Source of the DNA: an uncultured Solirubrobacterales bacterium | GTDB lineage: Bacteria; Actinomycetota; Thermoleophilia; Solirubrobacterales; Solirubrobacteraceae | NCBI GenBank assembly: GCA_963731355.1 | Contig: CAVSUS010000004.1 | Span: 129,926-193,925, forward strand | Reading direction: 5' to 3' | DNA: 64,000 nucleotides | Shown: positions 1 through 9,392 of the stretch, piece by piece | Position numbering within the stretch: position 1 is the first letter of the stretch | Layout: each line of letters opens with the position of its first letter | Program-made: the position numbers and the translations under genes | Notes under the pieces: generated by a model | What the model was told of the DNA's origin: nothing | Database searches by the model: none | What the model saw: the letters and a program-made list of their open reading frames with translations, nothing else

Positions 1-576
1 GACGCACACCATGCCCTCGGAGAAGCCCGCCGCACCTACCCCAAACGCGGCGTTGAAGCGGTCGAGGTTGACAAGGGTCAGCAGCGCGGTGATCTCAACG
101 AGTTGCTCGTCGGTGAAGTGCTCCTTCATCCGACTGAACAACTCGTCGGTGACCTCCACGGGCGTGCGCATCACCCCCGCCGCGTAGTCGAGCGCCACCT
201 TCTCACGCTCGGTGAACAGGTCGCTCTGGCGGTAACGCGGCAGCGCCAGCAGTTTCTCGTCGGAGAAGCCGGAGTTCCGACAGATCTGGGAGCCAAGGTC
301 GACGCAGTACTCACAGCCGATCATCTGCGCGCCCTTCAACTCGACCAGGTACTTGAGCCGCTCATCGACGGTGTTCCCCTTCCTCACCGCCTGCTGAAAC
401 TTGCCCATGCCGCTCATCATCTTCGGCTGGTGGGCCCAGAGCTCGATCGGCTCGATCCCGCTGCCACGCGCGGCCTCGCGTCCGGTCATCTTCTTCATGC
501 CCCTGCGCCCGAACCGATAGACGAGCTTGACGATCGGACCGGCCTGCTCCTGCGGTACCCCATGAATCCGTGCCAT
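1..576 (-). CDS. Carboxymuconolactone decarboxylase (CMD/AhpD-like) family protein, runs off window start
   Basis: Hand translation (absent from ORF track): MARIHGVPQEQAG...LVELKGAQMIGCEYCVDLGS...LFTEREKVALDYA; CxxC motif; AGGAAGG RBS upstream. Confidence 0.85.
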   Translation of the reverse strand, partial: MARIHGVPQEQAGPIVKLVYRFGRRGMKKMTGREAARGSGIEPIELWAHQPKMMSGMGKFQQAVRKGNTVDERLKYLVELKGAQMIGCEYCVDLGSQICRNSGFSDEKLLALPRYRQSDLFTEREKVALDYAAGVMRTPVEVTDELFSRMKEHFTDEQLVEITALLTLVNLDRFNAAFGVGAAGFSEGMVCV

Positions 577-622
577 CGGCACCTTCCTCTCAGATCGATT
601 GGTTTGGCGGGTCTACTGAAAT

Positions 623-649
623 GACCCCCCACGACCTGGAGATGTGACG
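623..649 (-). promoter_or_regulatory. Putative ECF41 (SigJ-type) promoter of the CMD gene
   Basis: CGTCACA-N16-GGTC, near the ECF41 consensus TGTCACA-N16-CGTC. Confidence 0.6.
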
Positions 650-854
650 GCGAGCTCTGAGCTCGGACGCGCGACTGGCCTTATCACAGGCGTCCGTTGT
701 CGCGCAGCCACGTGAGCGCGTGAATCGTGACGTTGACGCGCCAGTCCGTTGTCGGTCCCGGCGACCACGCCAACCAGTCGAACATCCAGCCCCCGTCTTC
801 CGCCGGGGCTGGCTGCTGGGGCAACGCAGGTCCGGCTCGAGAGCGTGCCGACGC

Positions 855-1108
855 GTGGTATCCCCGCCAGGCGGGTGACCTCGGCGGTCATGTGGGCGTG
901 GTCGGCATACCCCGCCTCGAGCGCCAGTTCGGCCAGCGACGCCGGCGGGATTGCCTTCTTCAGTCGCAGCCGCGCGGCCACCAGTCGCGCGCCTGCGGCC
1001 AGCCGCACGACCCGCGCCCCGGTGTCCGGACCCGGCGATGCCCAGCCGCTCCCCGGACCAGATGAGATCCACGCAGCCATCGGGTACGACCCGGTGCTCC
1101 TGGCCCAT
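855..1108 (-). pseudogene. AraC-family regulator remnant (frameshift plus internal deletion)
   Basis: HRVVPDGCVDLIWSG in one frame; GPDTGARVV...LAELALEAGYADHAHMTAEVTRLAG in another; much shorter than intact homologues. Confidence 0.7.
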
Positions 1109-1266
1109 CTTCGCGACCTCTCCGTGCACGCCACCAATGGCGATTCGACGACCTGAACGGCTTAGCTCGCGGAAGGCCCAATTGGTACTTTCAAATCGTG
1201 CTCTTGGGATGACATTTTTAGACAGGTTTCCGCGGAAATGTCGGCCACAGGAACCTAAACGCGTAT

Positions 1267-1301
1267 TAGCAGGCTGTTCGTCAAGCCCGCCGGGCGGCCC
1301 G
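1267..1301. repeat. att-like direct repeat: degenerate copy of tRNA-Thr 3' end and flank
   Basis: 30/35 identity to 46666-46700; perfect 18-mer TTCGTCAAGCCCGCCGGG at 1277-1294 and 46676-46693. Confidence 0.75.
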
Positions 1302-1444
1302 ATGGCCCCGAGCGGGGCGGGTTTGCGGCGGCGGCCCCACACGGGGATCAATACCCGCTGGTATCTTGGCCGCACGCCTGCGGGCGGTTTCGCATTGTGG
1401 GGGACCCGTCGGTCGCGGTGACCCCGACACCGAGCTAATTGGGC

Positions 1445-2689
1445 ATGACCTCCGATCCGAGCGCACCGCTGGGCGATCCGATCTCGGACTTCTTCCTCGA
1501 TAACCCGCAGAAGCTCGACGATCCCTTCGCGGATATTGCGTGGCTGCGGGAGCACCACCCGGTGCACAGGCACGAGGCCAGCGGGCAGTGGTTCGTGTTC
1601 CCTTACGACCGGGTCCGGTCGCTGTTCGCGGACAGACGAATGAGCGCGGATCGCATCGCTGGCTTCGCAGACGCCGTCCCGCCATCCGTGCGCGAGGAGG
1701 TGGCGCGGGTGGTGCCGTACCTGGAGACATGGCTGATCTTTCGTGACGGGAACGCGCACTCGCACGTGCGGAGCGTGCTTCACCGCGGATTCAACGTGAG
1801 AGCGATCGAAGCGCTGCGCGGACCGATCGAACGCACCGCCAACGACCTGCTCGACCAGGCGATCGACTCCGGCCGCCTCGACATCGCGGCGGACTACGGC
1901 TACCTGCTGCCGGTCTACGTGCTGGCCGACTTCATGGGCGTCCACCCCGAGGACCACGACCGGGTGGTCCAGTGGTCCGCGGATTTCGTCGACTTCTTCA
2001 ACATCATCCCGATCACCGAGGACACCGCCCACCGCATGGTCAGGAGCTCGACGGAGATGACCGAGCACATGCGGGGACTGCTGGCTGAGCGCGGGAACGA
2101 CGAGCGCGATGACTTCCTCGGCCTGATGGCCGCGGCTGCCGGGGCCGGCGAGGTCACCGAGGACGAGGTGATCGGCAACACGATGCTCCTGCTGATCGCC
2201 GGTCACCTTCCGGTACGCAATCTGATCGGCAACGTGGTCTGGCTGCTGCAACAGAATCCGCGCGAGTACGAGCGATTCCTGGCGGACCCGTCGCTGCTTG
2301 ACGGCGTGATTGAGGAGGCTTTGCGCTGCGAGCCCCCGATCACGGCGATCCCCCGGATCCCGACGGAGGACGTCATCGTGTGCGATCAGAAGATCGCCGC
2401 GGGCGAGATCATCCAGCTCTCGGTTGCCGGCGCCAACCGAGACCCCAGCCACTTCCCCGACCCGGACCGGTTCGACGTTGCCCGAAACCCGCACGGCGTG
2501 CTGAGCTTCGGCCACGGTCCCCACGGGTGCCTGGGCGCGCGCCTCGCCCGCGAGCAGGCGACGATCGCGCTCGACGTCCTGTTCCGACGGGCCGCCGGCC
2601 CCTTGCTCGAGGATGACAGTCGAGAGATCCGCTGGTATCGCAACGCGGCCAATCGCGGCCCAGAGAACCTCCCGATCAAGTTCCGCTAG
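1445..2689 (+). CDS. Cytochrome P450
   Basis: Heme motif FGHGPHGCLG, EEALR (ExxR), ANRDP and PDRFD; I-helix reads AGHLP. Confidence 0.95.
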   Translation: MTSDPSAPLGDPISDFFLDNPQKLDDPFADIAWLREHHPVHRHEASGQWFVFPYDRVRSLFADRRMSADRIAGFADAVPPSVREEVARVVPYLETWLIFRDGNAHSHVRSVLHRGFNVRAIEALRGPIERTANDLLDQAIDSGRLDIAADYGYLLPVYVLADFMGVHPEDHDRVVQWSADFVDFFNIIPITEDTAHRMVRSSTEMTEHMRGLLAERGNDERDDFLGLMAAAAGAGEVTEDEVIGNTMLLLIAGHLPVRNLIGNVVWLLQQNPREYERFLADPSLLDGVIEEALRCEPPITAIPRIPTEDVIVCDQKIAAGEIIQLSVAGANRDPSHFPDPDRFDVARNPHGVLSFGHGPHGCLGARLAREQATIALDVLFRRAAGPLLEDDSREIRWYRNAANRGPENLPIKFR

Positions 2690-2749
2690 AGCACGCAGAA
2701 GAGCAGCGGTGTGTCTCGGCTTCTGCCGCACGCGCCTGCGACGACGCGT

Positions 2750-2826
2750 CGCGGATTCATATGCGACGCCGACGGCTTGGGTGCGGTCCCGAGGACCGAG
2801 CTTGTTCAGGAGCCGCTCCTGCGAGC
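2750..2826 (-). pseudogene. C-terminal fragment of a NarL/LuxR HTH
   Basis: RLLNKLGPRDRTQAVGVAYES resembles the KLGxRDRxQAVxxAYE tail (compare KLGVRDRAAAIVFAYD in the 11.2 kb regulator). Confidence 0.55.
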
Positions 2827-3756
2827 TCACGTCGCGAAGCCTTGCCGCCAGCTCGGATGCTTCGGCGCCCACCCGAGCTCGCGCTTGGCCTTGGCGTTCG
2901 ACGCGCCGCGAGCCTCGGTCATCATCACCACTCCGGCGTCGCCGGCCAACATCCGTCCGGCGAACCGGGGCACGCGCATCGGCTTCTTCGCGCCGAGCGT
3001 CTGCGCCAGTGCCGGCAGCCACTCGGCGACCGGCGCCGGATCGTCGTCGACCACGTTGTAGATGCCGCGCCTGCCGCGCTCGACAGCGGCAACTGTCGCC
3101 TCGGCGGCGTCGGCGATGTGGACGAACGACCACACGCCGGCTCCGTTGCCGACCAGCGGGAACTTGCGCTTGCGAACCAGCTCGAACTGCTCCCCGCCCG
3201 GACCCATCGACGTGTCCGGACCGTAGAACGCGCCGTAGCGCAGCACGATCCCCTCCGTCCAGTCGGCGCCGAGCACCGCCTCCTCGAGATGACGGATTGC
3301 GCGCATCGACTCCCGCATCTCGCGCGCGGGCGACGGATCGAGCGGGTCCTCCTCAGTCTTGATCGGGCCACCCGTGCGCTCGTACGGCCAGGCGCCGTAG
3401 CTCTGCGCGACGAACCGCCGCACTCCGACCGCGCGCCCCGCCGAGAGCAGATGATCGGTGCCCTCGGTCCGCAGCCGGTTGGTGAGCGCGAAGTCACGAT
3501 CGAAGTGGCGCGTATCAAGGCCGCCGATCGCGGTCAGCTGATGCACGATCACCTCCGGGTTCGCCCGGCCCACCGCCTCGGCGACCTGATCGGGATCGAG
3601 CGCATCGGCCAGCACCGGTGTCGCCCCAAGCTCATCCAGCAGAGCACGGTTGGACTCCTTGCGGGTCATCCCCACCACCTCGTGGCCCGCGGCCACCAGC
3701 CGCGGAACGAGCTGCTTGCCAATCGCCCCCGTTGCGCCAGCAACAAACACCTTCAT
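2827..3756 (-). CDS. NAD-dependent epimerase/dehydratase family protein
   Basis: VAGATGAIG Rossmann motif, LRYGAFYGP, SFVHIADAA; AAAGGAG RBS. Confidence 0.92.
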   Translation of the reverse strand: MKVFVAGATGAIGKQLVPRLVAAGHEVVGMTRKESNRALLDELGATPVLADALDPDQVAEAVGRANPEVIVHQLTAIGGLDTRHFDRDFALTNRLRTEGTDHLLSAGRAVGVRRFVAQSYGAWPYERTGGPIKTEEDPLDPSPAREMRESMRAIRHLEEAVLGADWTEGIVLRYGAFYGPDTSMGPGGEQFELVRKRKFPLVGNGAGVWSFVHIADAAEATVAAVERGRRGIYNVVDDDPAPVAEWLPALAQTLGAKKPMRVPRFAGRMLAGDAGVVMMTEARGASNAKAKRELGWAPKHPSWRQGFAT

Positions 3757-3794
3757 GGTCGTCTCCTTTCAACAAAACAGCAGTGCAACCTCAA

Positions 3795-3821
3795 GACGAG
3801 ATATCGGTCGCGCTTGTGACA
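3795..3821 (-). promoter_or_regulatory. ECF41 (SigJ-type) promoter of the epimerase gene
   Basis: Exact TGTCACA-N16-CGTC on the minus strand just upstream of the gene. Confidence 0.75.
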
Positions 3822-3952
3822 CCCGAGCCGTACTCGTCGTGTATCGGAGCCCGCACAGCGGCAGCAGCGTGGATCCAGAAATTGTGTCGATCCCGACGAT
3901 CCGCCAGCCCTCGACCTCAAGCAGGGAGCCGGCTCGGTGTCCGGTCTATGGC

Positions 3953-4513
3953 TCAGAGGCCGAATAGGAGGGCGGGGATGGTGTTGGTGGCGGCGTGAAG
4001 GAGCCAGCAGGGTCCGATGCTGTCCGATCGCTGGCGGAGCCAGCCGAGCATCAGTCCGGCTGCCAGCTGGAGGGGGAGGAGCGGCCATAGCGCTACGCGG
4101 ACCAGGAGCAGCAGGACGTGCGGGGCGAGGAAGATGAGTGCCTGGAGGAGGTTGCCTTTCTTGAAACCGAAGCGTCTGAAGAGCACACCCGCGATGAGTC
4201 CCCGGAATAGCATCTCTTCCCCCAGGGCGAGCAGCACGATCGCGACGTAGTCGCTGGCGGTGCTCGGCGAGCCGGCGATGTTCTTAGTGTGACCGTGCAG
4301 AACGCCGCTCGGAATGATGTTCAGCAGGAGCGCCGCGACCGCGGTGACCGGCACGATCATTGCCGATGCGGCCAGATACATTCGCGCTGGACCTGGCTGG
4401 AGGCCGATCATTTTTCGGGCTCGAGCTGGAGAGCTTCCGGCGCGTTGGAGTCTGCGCGCGTAGATCACCGATGGCAGGCTGAGGAGTACGAGCTCGAGCA
4501 GTGCGGAGCTCAT
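3953..4513 (-). CDS. CPBP (CAAX/Abi) intramembrane glutamic endopeptidase
   Basis: EEMLFRG, FLAPH and HAATN motifs; hydrophobic; ATG overlaps upstream stop. Confidence 0.88.
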   Translation of the reverse strand: MSSALLELVLLSLPSVIYARRLQRAGSSPARARKMIGLQPGPARMYLAASAMIVPVTAVAALLLNIIPSGVLHGHTKNIAGSPSTASDYVAIVLLALGEEMLFRGLIAGVLFRRFGFKKGNLLQALIFLAPHVLLLLVRVALWPLLPLQLAAGLMLGWLRQRSDSIGPCWLLHAATNTIPALLFGL

Positions 4514-4806
4514 GTCATTGGTCCCGCGTGAGCTCGAGCTGCTCCCGGTCGATGGGCAGCGTTTGTTCCCGTCAGCGCAGTGGGCGGCTCGAGGGCATCG
4601 CTCATTGCGACGTACTCGAGTAGATCCCCGGGCTGGCAATGGAGCTCGCGACAGATCGCCTCGAGCGTGGAGAAGCGGACGGCTCGCGCCTTACCGGTCT
4701 TGAGGATCGACAGGTTGGCGACCGTCAAGCCCACGCGCTTGGATAGCTCCGTGAGGGTGAGGTCGCGTCGATAGAGCAGGCGCTCCAAATGTACGAGGAT
4801 CGGCAT
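4510..4806 (-). CDS. XRE/Cro-C1 HTH regulator (YozG-like)
   Basis: LTELSKRVGLTVANLSILKTGKARAVRFSTLEAIC...CQPGDLLEY. Confidence 0.92.
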   Translation of the reverse strand: MPILVHLERLLYRRDLTLTELSKRVGLTVANLSILKTGKARAVRFSTLEAICRELHCQPGDLLEYVAMSDALEPPTALTGTNAAHRPGAARAHAGPMT

Positions 4807-4815
4807 CGCGACGCC

Positions 4816-5439
4816 TTACACGGTGAGGGCTTGCTCCTCGGCAAGCTCCGAGCCAACGCGGAACGCCGCCGCAAGCGTCAGCAGCAACACTCCTAGCAAG
4901 AGCACGATGACGTCGACGCCGAAGTGCGAACGGACGCTGAGGCCGCGGGCAACCAATGTGTGCTTCAGGTACAGCGTGCCGAGCCACACGCACACCGAGT
5001 GCGTCAGCTCGAAGCCGATTACGCCCCAGCCGATTCGCGTCAGCCGGGCGGAGTTCTCGCGAGCGAACGTTCGGCCTTGATCGAGGCTTGCCAGCAGCCG
5101 CCGGAGCTGGTGCAGGATGAACAGCCACCAAGCGGCCGCCGCCCCAAACGTGGCACCCGCCACGACGACGAACGCGATCCGTGGGCGAGCGAAGCCGAGC
5201 TGACCGCTACCGATCCCGACCGTGGCCGCCGCTGCGCTCAGCTCACGTGAGGAGATGTGATAGCTCGACGCAGGAAGCCGAAAGTAGAAGTCGAGCTTCA
5301 GCGCGCCGCCTCCGGCCAAATGTGCAGCTAGCACTACCAGCAGGAGTGTCGCCAGCGCGATCGCTGCGATCGATCCCCACCACACGACGGCGGTAACCGT
5401 CGCGAACCATCCCGATTTGGATCTCATCCGCGTCACCAC
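4816..5439 (-). CDS. DUF2975 family membrane protein
   Basis: About four TM helices, FARENSARL, C-terminal AFRVGSELAEEQALTV; usual partner of YozG-like HTH. Confidence 0.8.
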   Translation of the reverse strand: MVTRMRSKSGWFATVTAVVWWGSIAAIALATLLLVVLAAHLAGGGALKLDFYFRLPASSYHISSRELSAAAATVGIGSGQLGFARPRIAFVVVAGATFGAAAAWWLFILHQLRRLLASLDQGRTFARENSARLTRIGWGVIGFELTHSVCVWLGTLYLKHTLVARGLSVRSHFGVDVIVLLLGVLLLTLAAAFRVGSELAEEQALTV

Positions 5440-5455
5440 CGATCAGTCTCATCAC

Positions 5456-5478
5456 GGCATATCGATAATCGATATGCC
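5456..5478. promoter_or_regulatory. Perfect palindrome, probable XRE operator
   Basis: GGCATATCGAT-A-ATCGATATGCC directly upstream of the DUF2975 operon. Confidence 0.65.
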
Positions 5479-5632
5479 CGGCTTGCGGCGAATCCAAACG
5501 CTCAACGCCGGCGAGACTGCGGATTGGAGGGTGTGATGCGGGAATTCAGGCTGTGTGAGGAGGCGCCATCATTGGAGCGAGATGCAATGACGCTGTCCCT
5601 GCGGCTACAGAACGTCAAGCGTGAGCACTTGG

Positions 5633-6241
5633 TCAGGTCTGGGTTCGCGCGCGCCGTAGGTAGACGGAGAGGCAGAGTCCGCCGACAGCGATGGTGCCCC
5701 AGTCGATGATGCGTCCGGCGACCAGAAATGAGCTGGTCGAGAGCGAGGCCGCCAGCGCGAAGTGCAGGAGTGCGTGCAGGATGAGGAAGCCACCGACGAT
5801 TGCTCCGATGGAGCTGTCGATGTGGCGGTCGGGGGACGGGACGCGCAGCAGGCGTGCGATCGGGACCGGTCGTTGGATCAGCACGGCGATAGTGAGCACG
5901 ACGCCGATGCCGAAGGTGATGAACGCTTCGTGAAGCTTGAGCGGGAGCGAGCTGCCGCCGGTGAGTACCGAGATCAGGCAGGCGACTGAGAAGCCGACCG
6001 CCGAGAGCCCGGCGACAGGATCAATCCGGCGCCTTACGAATGCGAGGACGATGCTGTAGACAACGGGGATCGCCGCGGCGATCGCGAGACCCAGCGCGTC
6101 CGTGGAGACGATCGGCCGCATCAGCGCGTAGACGACGAGCGGGGAGACCATGAGCAGGACGGCGCGCCTGAGCATTTGCTTGGAGATCTTCATGGTGGGC
6201 AGGGAGGCGGTGGGAGCGGGTATGTCGGTTGAGCTGGTCAC
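5633..6241 (-). CDS. Membrane protein (VC0807-like)
   Basis: Multi-TM, RRRIDPVAG motif; coupled to TetR. Confidence 0.65.
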   Translation of the reverse strand: MTSSTDIPAPTASLPTMKISKQMLRRAVLLMVSPLVVYALMRPIVSTDALGLAIAAAIPVVYSIVLAFVRRRIDPVAGLSAVGFSVACLISVLTGGSSLPLKLHEAFITFGIGVVLTIAVLIQRPVPIARLLRVPSPDRHIDSSIGAIVGGFLILHALLHFALAASLSTSSFLVAGRIIDWGTIAVGGLCLSVYLRRARTQT

Positions 6242-6855
6242 GGCTCGACCTCCTGTAGTGCTTGGTGGAGCGCCGCCTGAACGGTGTCCGCGAGCGGCCC
6301 GGGTTTGTGAGGCTGCGCCATCCAGTGCCTGACCGCGGCGCGCTCCGCGCCGACGGCGACGGCAGCGAGTACCTTTGGCCGCAGCGCGGCCGCCGGGGCG
6401 CCGGTGCGGATCCGGATTGCTTGCGCGAGAGCCTGCTCGGCAGCGTCGGCGGCCTTGAGGTACTCGCCGTACAGCGCCGGCTCGCGCGCCACGAGGGAGG
6501 CAAATTGCCGAAGCCAGCGGCCCGCGAAGCCCTCCTGGCGCGGCCTGCGGTATACCTCGCTCACCGCGGTCACCATCGCTGCGCCGAGGCTCTCATCTGC
6601 GGGCCGCGCGAGCAGGTTGTCCGCGAGCCGCGCTGCGCGTCTGGTCGCGGGCCACGCGATCGCCGCCTCCTTGCTAGGAAAGTAGTTGTTGAACGTGCGG
6701 GGGGAGACGCCCGCGGCCGCCGCGATGTCGGGCACGCGCACGTTCCCGAGCCCGCGTGCGCTGGCCAGCTCGAGCGCCGCGTGCGCGAGATCCCGGCGGG
6801 TCTCTTCGCGCTGGCGGTCCCGCCGGGAGAAGGTGGGGTTGGATTGAACGGCCAT
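6238..6855 (-). CDS. TetR-family regulator
   Basis: RRDRQREETR...DIAAAAGVSPRTFNNYFPSKE. Confidence 0.93.
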   Translation of the reverse strand: MAVQSNPTFSRRDRQREETRRDLAHAALELASARGLGNVRVPDIAAAAGVSPRTFNNYFPSKEAAIAWPATRRAARLADNLLARPADESLGAAMVTAVSEVYRRPRQEGFAGRWLRQFASLVAREPALYGEYLKAADAAEQALAQAIRIRTGAPAAALRPKVLAAVAVGAERAAVRHWMAQPHKPGPLADTVQAALHQALQEVEP

Positions 6856-6875
6856 GCCGAGACGGTATCAGAATG

Positions 6876-6908
6876 TTGCGTAGCACGCAAATTATGCGTA
6901 GCGCGCAA
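6876..6908. promoter_or_regulatory. Tandem palindromic TetR operators
   Basis: TTGCGTAGCACGCAA and ATGCGTAGCGCGCAA, 18 nt apart, upstream of tetR. Confidence 0.65.
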
Positions 6909-7046
6909 GCCATGTCGTCTTCCGGACGATGGCGCGCAAGACGGTGATTGCTGATCCTTGCCGTGTCGCGACCGGCCAGCGTCTTGTTCGGTCATGGGCG
7001 ACGGGCCGGGACCCGAGCGGCGGATTCGCTCGCTAGCCTCGCAGGG

Positions 7047-7994
7047 ATGGATTCGACCATCGAGCTCCTGGGGCTGGTGAAGACGTATCGGGGTGGCGCC
7101 CATGGCCCGGTGCACGCGGTGCGTGGGATCGACGTTTCCATCCCGCGGGGGCAGACGGTTGCGTTGCTCGGGCCCAACGGGGCGGGCAAGTCGACCACGA
7201 TCGACATGATGCTTGGGCTGACTCGGCCGGATGCGGGCGAGGCGAGCGTGTTCGGCAAGTCGCCGCGCGAGGCGGTCGATGCGGGCGCGGTGGGGGCGAT
7301 GCTCCAGACCGGCGAGCTGATCAGGGATCTGTCGGTGCGGGAGCTGATTGGGCTGGTGGCGTCGCTGTATCCACAACCGATGGCGGTGCAGGACGTGCTC
7401 GCCGTGGCGGGGCTGAGCGAGGTGGCCGACCAGCGTACGCAGAAGCTCTCCGGCGGGCAGACCCAGCGCACGCGGTTTGCCATCGCTCTGGTGCCGGACC
7501 CGGAGTTGTTGGTGCTGGACGAACCGACGGTTGCCATGGATGCGCAGGGCCGACGGGATTTCTGGGCGGCTATGCGTGAGTACGCCGCGCGCGGGCGGAC
7601 GGTGCTGTTCGCCACCCACTATCTGGAGGAGGCGGACGCCAACGCGGATCGGGCGGTGCTGATGGCCGGCGGGCAGATCGTCGCCGACGGTCCCACCACC
7701 GAGATCAAGGCCCGGGTGGGAACGCGCACGATTCGTGCCACCCTCCCTGGTGTCGGCCTCGAGCAGTTGCAGGAGCTGCCGGGGGTGGGCAGCGTCGAGC
7801 GGCGCGGCGAGGCGGTGATCTTGCGTTGCGCGGACTCTGACGCGGCGATCCGGGCGCTGCTCGAGCGCTATCCGGCGGCCCGCGACATCGAGATCACGGG
7901 CGCCGGGCTGGAGGAGGCCTTTCTCGAGCTCACCGCCGAACGCGGCGAGGAGCCGCTGGGCTCCTCCCAGCGGGTGGAGGAGATTGTACGGTGA
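7047..7994 (+). CDS. ABC-2 exporter ATP-binding protein
   Basis: GPNGAGKST, LSGGQ, LVLDEPT, ATHYLEE. Confidence 0.95.
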   Translation: MDSTIELLGLVKTYRGGAHGPVHAVRGIDVSIPRGQTVALLGPNGAGKSTTIDMMLGLTRPDAGEASVFGKSPREAVDAGAVGAMLQTGELIRDLSVRELIGLVASLYPQPMAVQDVLAVAGLSEVADQRTQKLSGGQTQRTRFAIALVPDPELLVLDEPTVAMDAQGRRDFWAAMREYAARGRTVLFATHYLEEADANADRAVLMAGGQIVADGPTTEIKARVGTRTIRATLPGVGLEQLQELPGVGSVERRGEAVILRCADSDAAIRALLERYPAARDIEITGAGLEEAFLELTAERGEEPLGSSQRVEEIVR

Positions 7995-8725
7995 GTCACT
8001 TGCTGTACACCCGCTTTGAGCTGATGCGCGCGTTTCGCAACCGCCGCTACTTCATCTTCTCCTTCGGGTTCCCGCTCGTCCTCTACTTTCTCATCGCGGC
8101 GCCTCAGAAGAACACCCATGACCTGGCTGGCACCGGGATCTCCGCCCCCCTGTACTACATGGTGGGGCTGGCGTCATTTGGGACGATGGCGTCGATGATT
8201 TCCAGTGGCGCCCGGATTGCGGCCGAGCGCCAGGCAGGTTGGACGCGCCAGTTGCGGATCACGCCGCTGACCTCGCGCGAGTATTTCCGTGCGAAGGTCG
8301 TGGCGTCCTACGCCATGGCCATCACCAGCCTGCTGCTGCTCTACCTATCCGGCGCCGTCCTGGGGGTGAGCCTGGCCGCGCACCAGTGGCTGTCAATGAC
8401 CGGGCTGATCCTCGTCGCTCTGCTGCCGTTCGCCGCCCTGGGGATCACGCTCGGGCATCTCATGAACGTCGACTCGATCGGCCCCCTCACAGGCGGGCTG
8501 GTCGCCATCCTGGCCTTCCTCAGCGGCACGTGGTTCCCGCTCACCCACGGCTTCCTGTACGACGTGGGCCAGTACACCCCCGGCTACTGGATCGTCCAGG
8601 CCAGCCACATCGCCATCCACGGCCACGGGTGGGGCGCAAAGGGCTGGGTGGTGGTAATCGCCTGGACGGTCGTGCTCATCGTCCTGGCCCGCGTCGCGTA
8701 CCGTCGCGACACCCAGCGCGTCTAG
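7991..8725 (+). CDS. ABC-2 permease
   Basis: About six TM, ERQAGWTRQLRITPL, ends YRRDTQRV. Confidence 0.92.
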   Translation: MSHLLYTRFELMRAFRNRRYFIFSFGFPLVLYFLIAAPQKNTHDLAGTGISAPLYYMVGLASFGTMASMISSGARIAAERQAGWTRQLRITPLTSREYFRAKVVASYAMAITSLLLLYLSGAVLGVSLAAHQWLSMTGLILVALLPFAALGITLGHLMNVDSIGPLTGGLVAILAFLSGTWFPLTHGFLYDVGQYTPGYWIVQASHIAIHGHGWGAKGWVVVIAWTVVLIVLARVAYRRDTQRV

Positions 8726-8866
8726 CGCTGAATCTTCACCACACTCCGCGTTGTCCCCAAGCAGGACTACACCCGCTACCCCGGTTCCTCCTGCTCCGCG
8801 CCAGGATCTGATCGTGTGCCGCGGACGACGCGCTGTTCGCTGAGCCTTCGCCAAGCGAATCCAGCC

Positions 8867-9193
8867 TCAAACGTGGTGAACCGATACCACTTCGCACAGC
8901 ACCGGGGCTGGTGTGCCCAGCTCGGAGAGCTGGGTGAGATAGGGCCTTGCCTCGGGGTTCTGAAGCATCGCGGCGAACGCCTCCTGGTTCTCCCATTGCG
9001 CATAGTTGACGACCTTCGTTCCATCGAAGCTGCGATGAACATTTGCTGAGACGAAGCCCGGGAGATGGCGCATCACCTCGTCTGTGGCGCGCTGCCAGAG
9101 CTCGACCAGGCGCTGCTGGTTCTCGGGGTCGACGGTGAACACATTGATCAACGTGACGACGTCGGCGTGAGCGCGAATGACCGATTCAGGCAT
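8867..9193 (-). CDS. Antibiotic biosynthesis monooxygenase (ABM) family protein
   Basis: TLINVFTVDPENQ...PGFVSANVHRSFDGTKVVNYAQWE. Confidence 0.88.
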   Translation of the reverse strand: MPESVIRAHADVVTLINVFTVDPENQQRLVELWQRATDEVMRHLPGFVSANVHRSFDGTKVVNYAQWENQEAFAAMLQNPEARPYLTQLSELGTPAPVLCEVVSVHHV

Positions 9194-9392
9194 GCTGGCT
9201 CCATTCAACATTGAGAGTCGCGCGGCGGTAGGTCCGGATGCTGGGTCCGTGGCACCGCCCGCTGTGAGGCGGGATTGGGTTGTCCAGGCGACGGGCGCCA
9301 GGCGCACGTGCGTATCGTCCCACCGAACCCTCTCCGCCGCTCCCGGCGCGTAACCTGGAGGGCGGACGCTCCGGCTGAAGAGCTGCGGCGGA

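Noticed and set aside
103-624. 173-aa plus-strand ORF
   Set aside because: Antisense to the CMD gene, which has motifs, an RBS and a promoter
590-3133. 847-aa minus-strand ORF
   Set aside because: Antisense shadow of the P450 and neighbours in high-GC DNA; only short AraC and LuxR fragments within it look real
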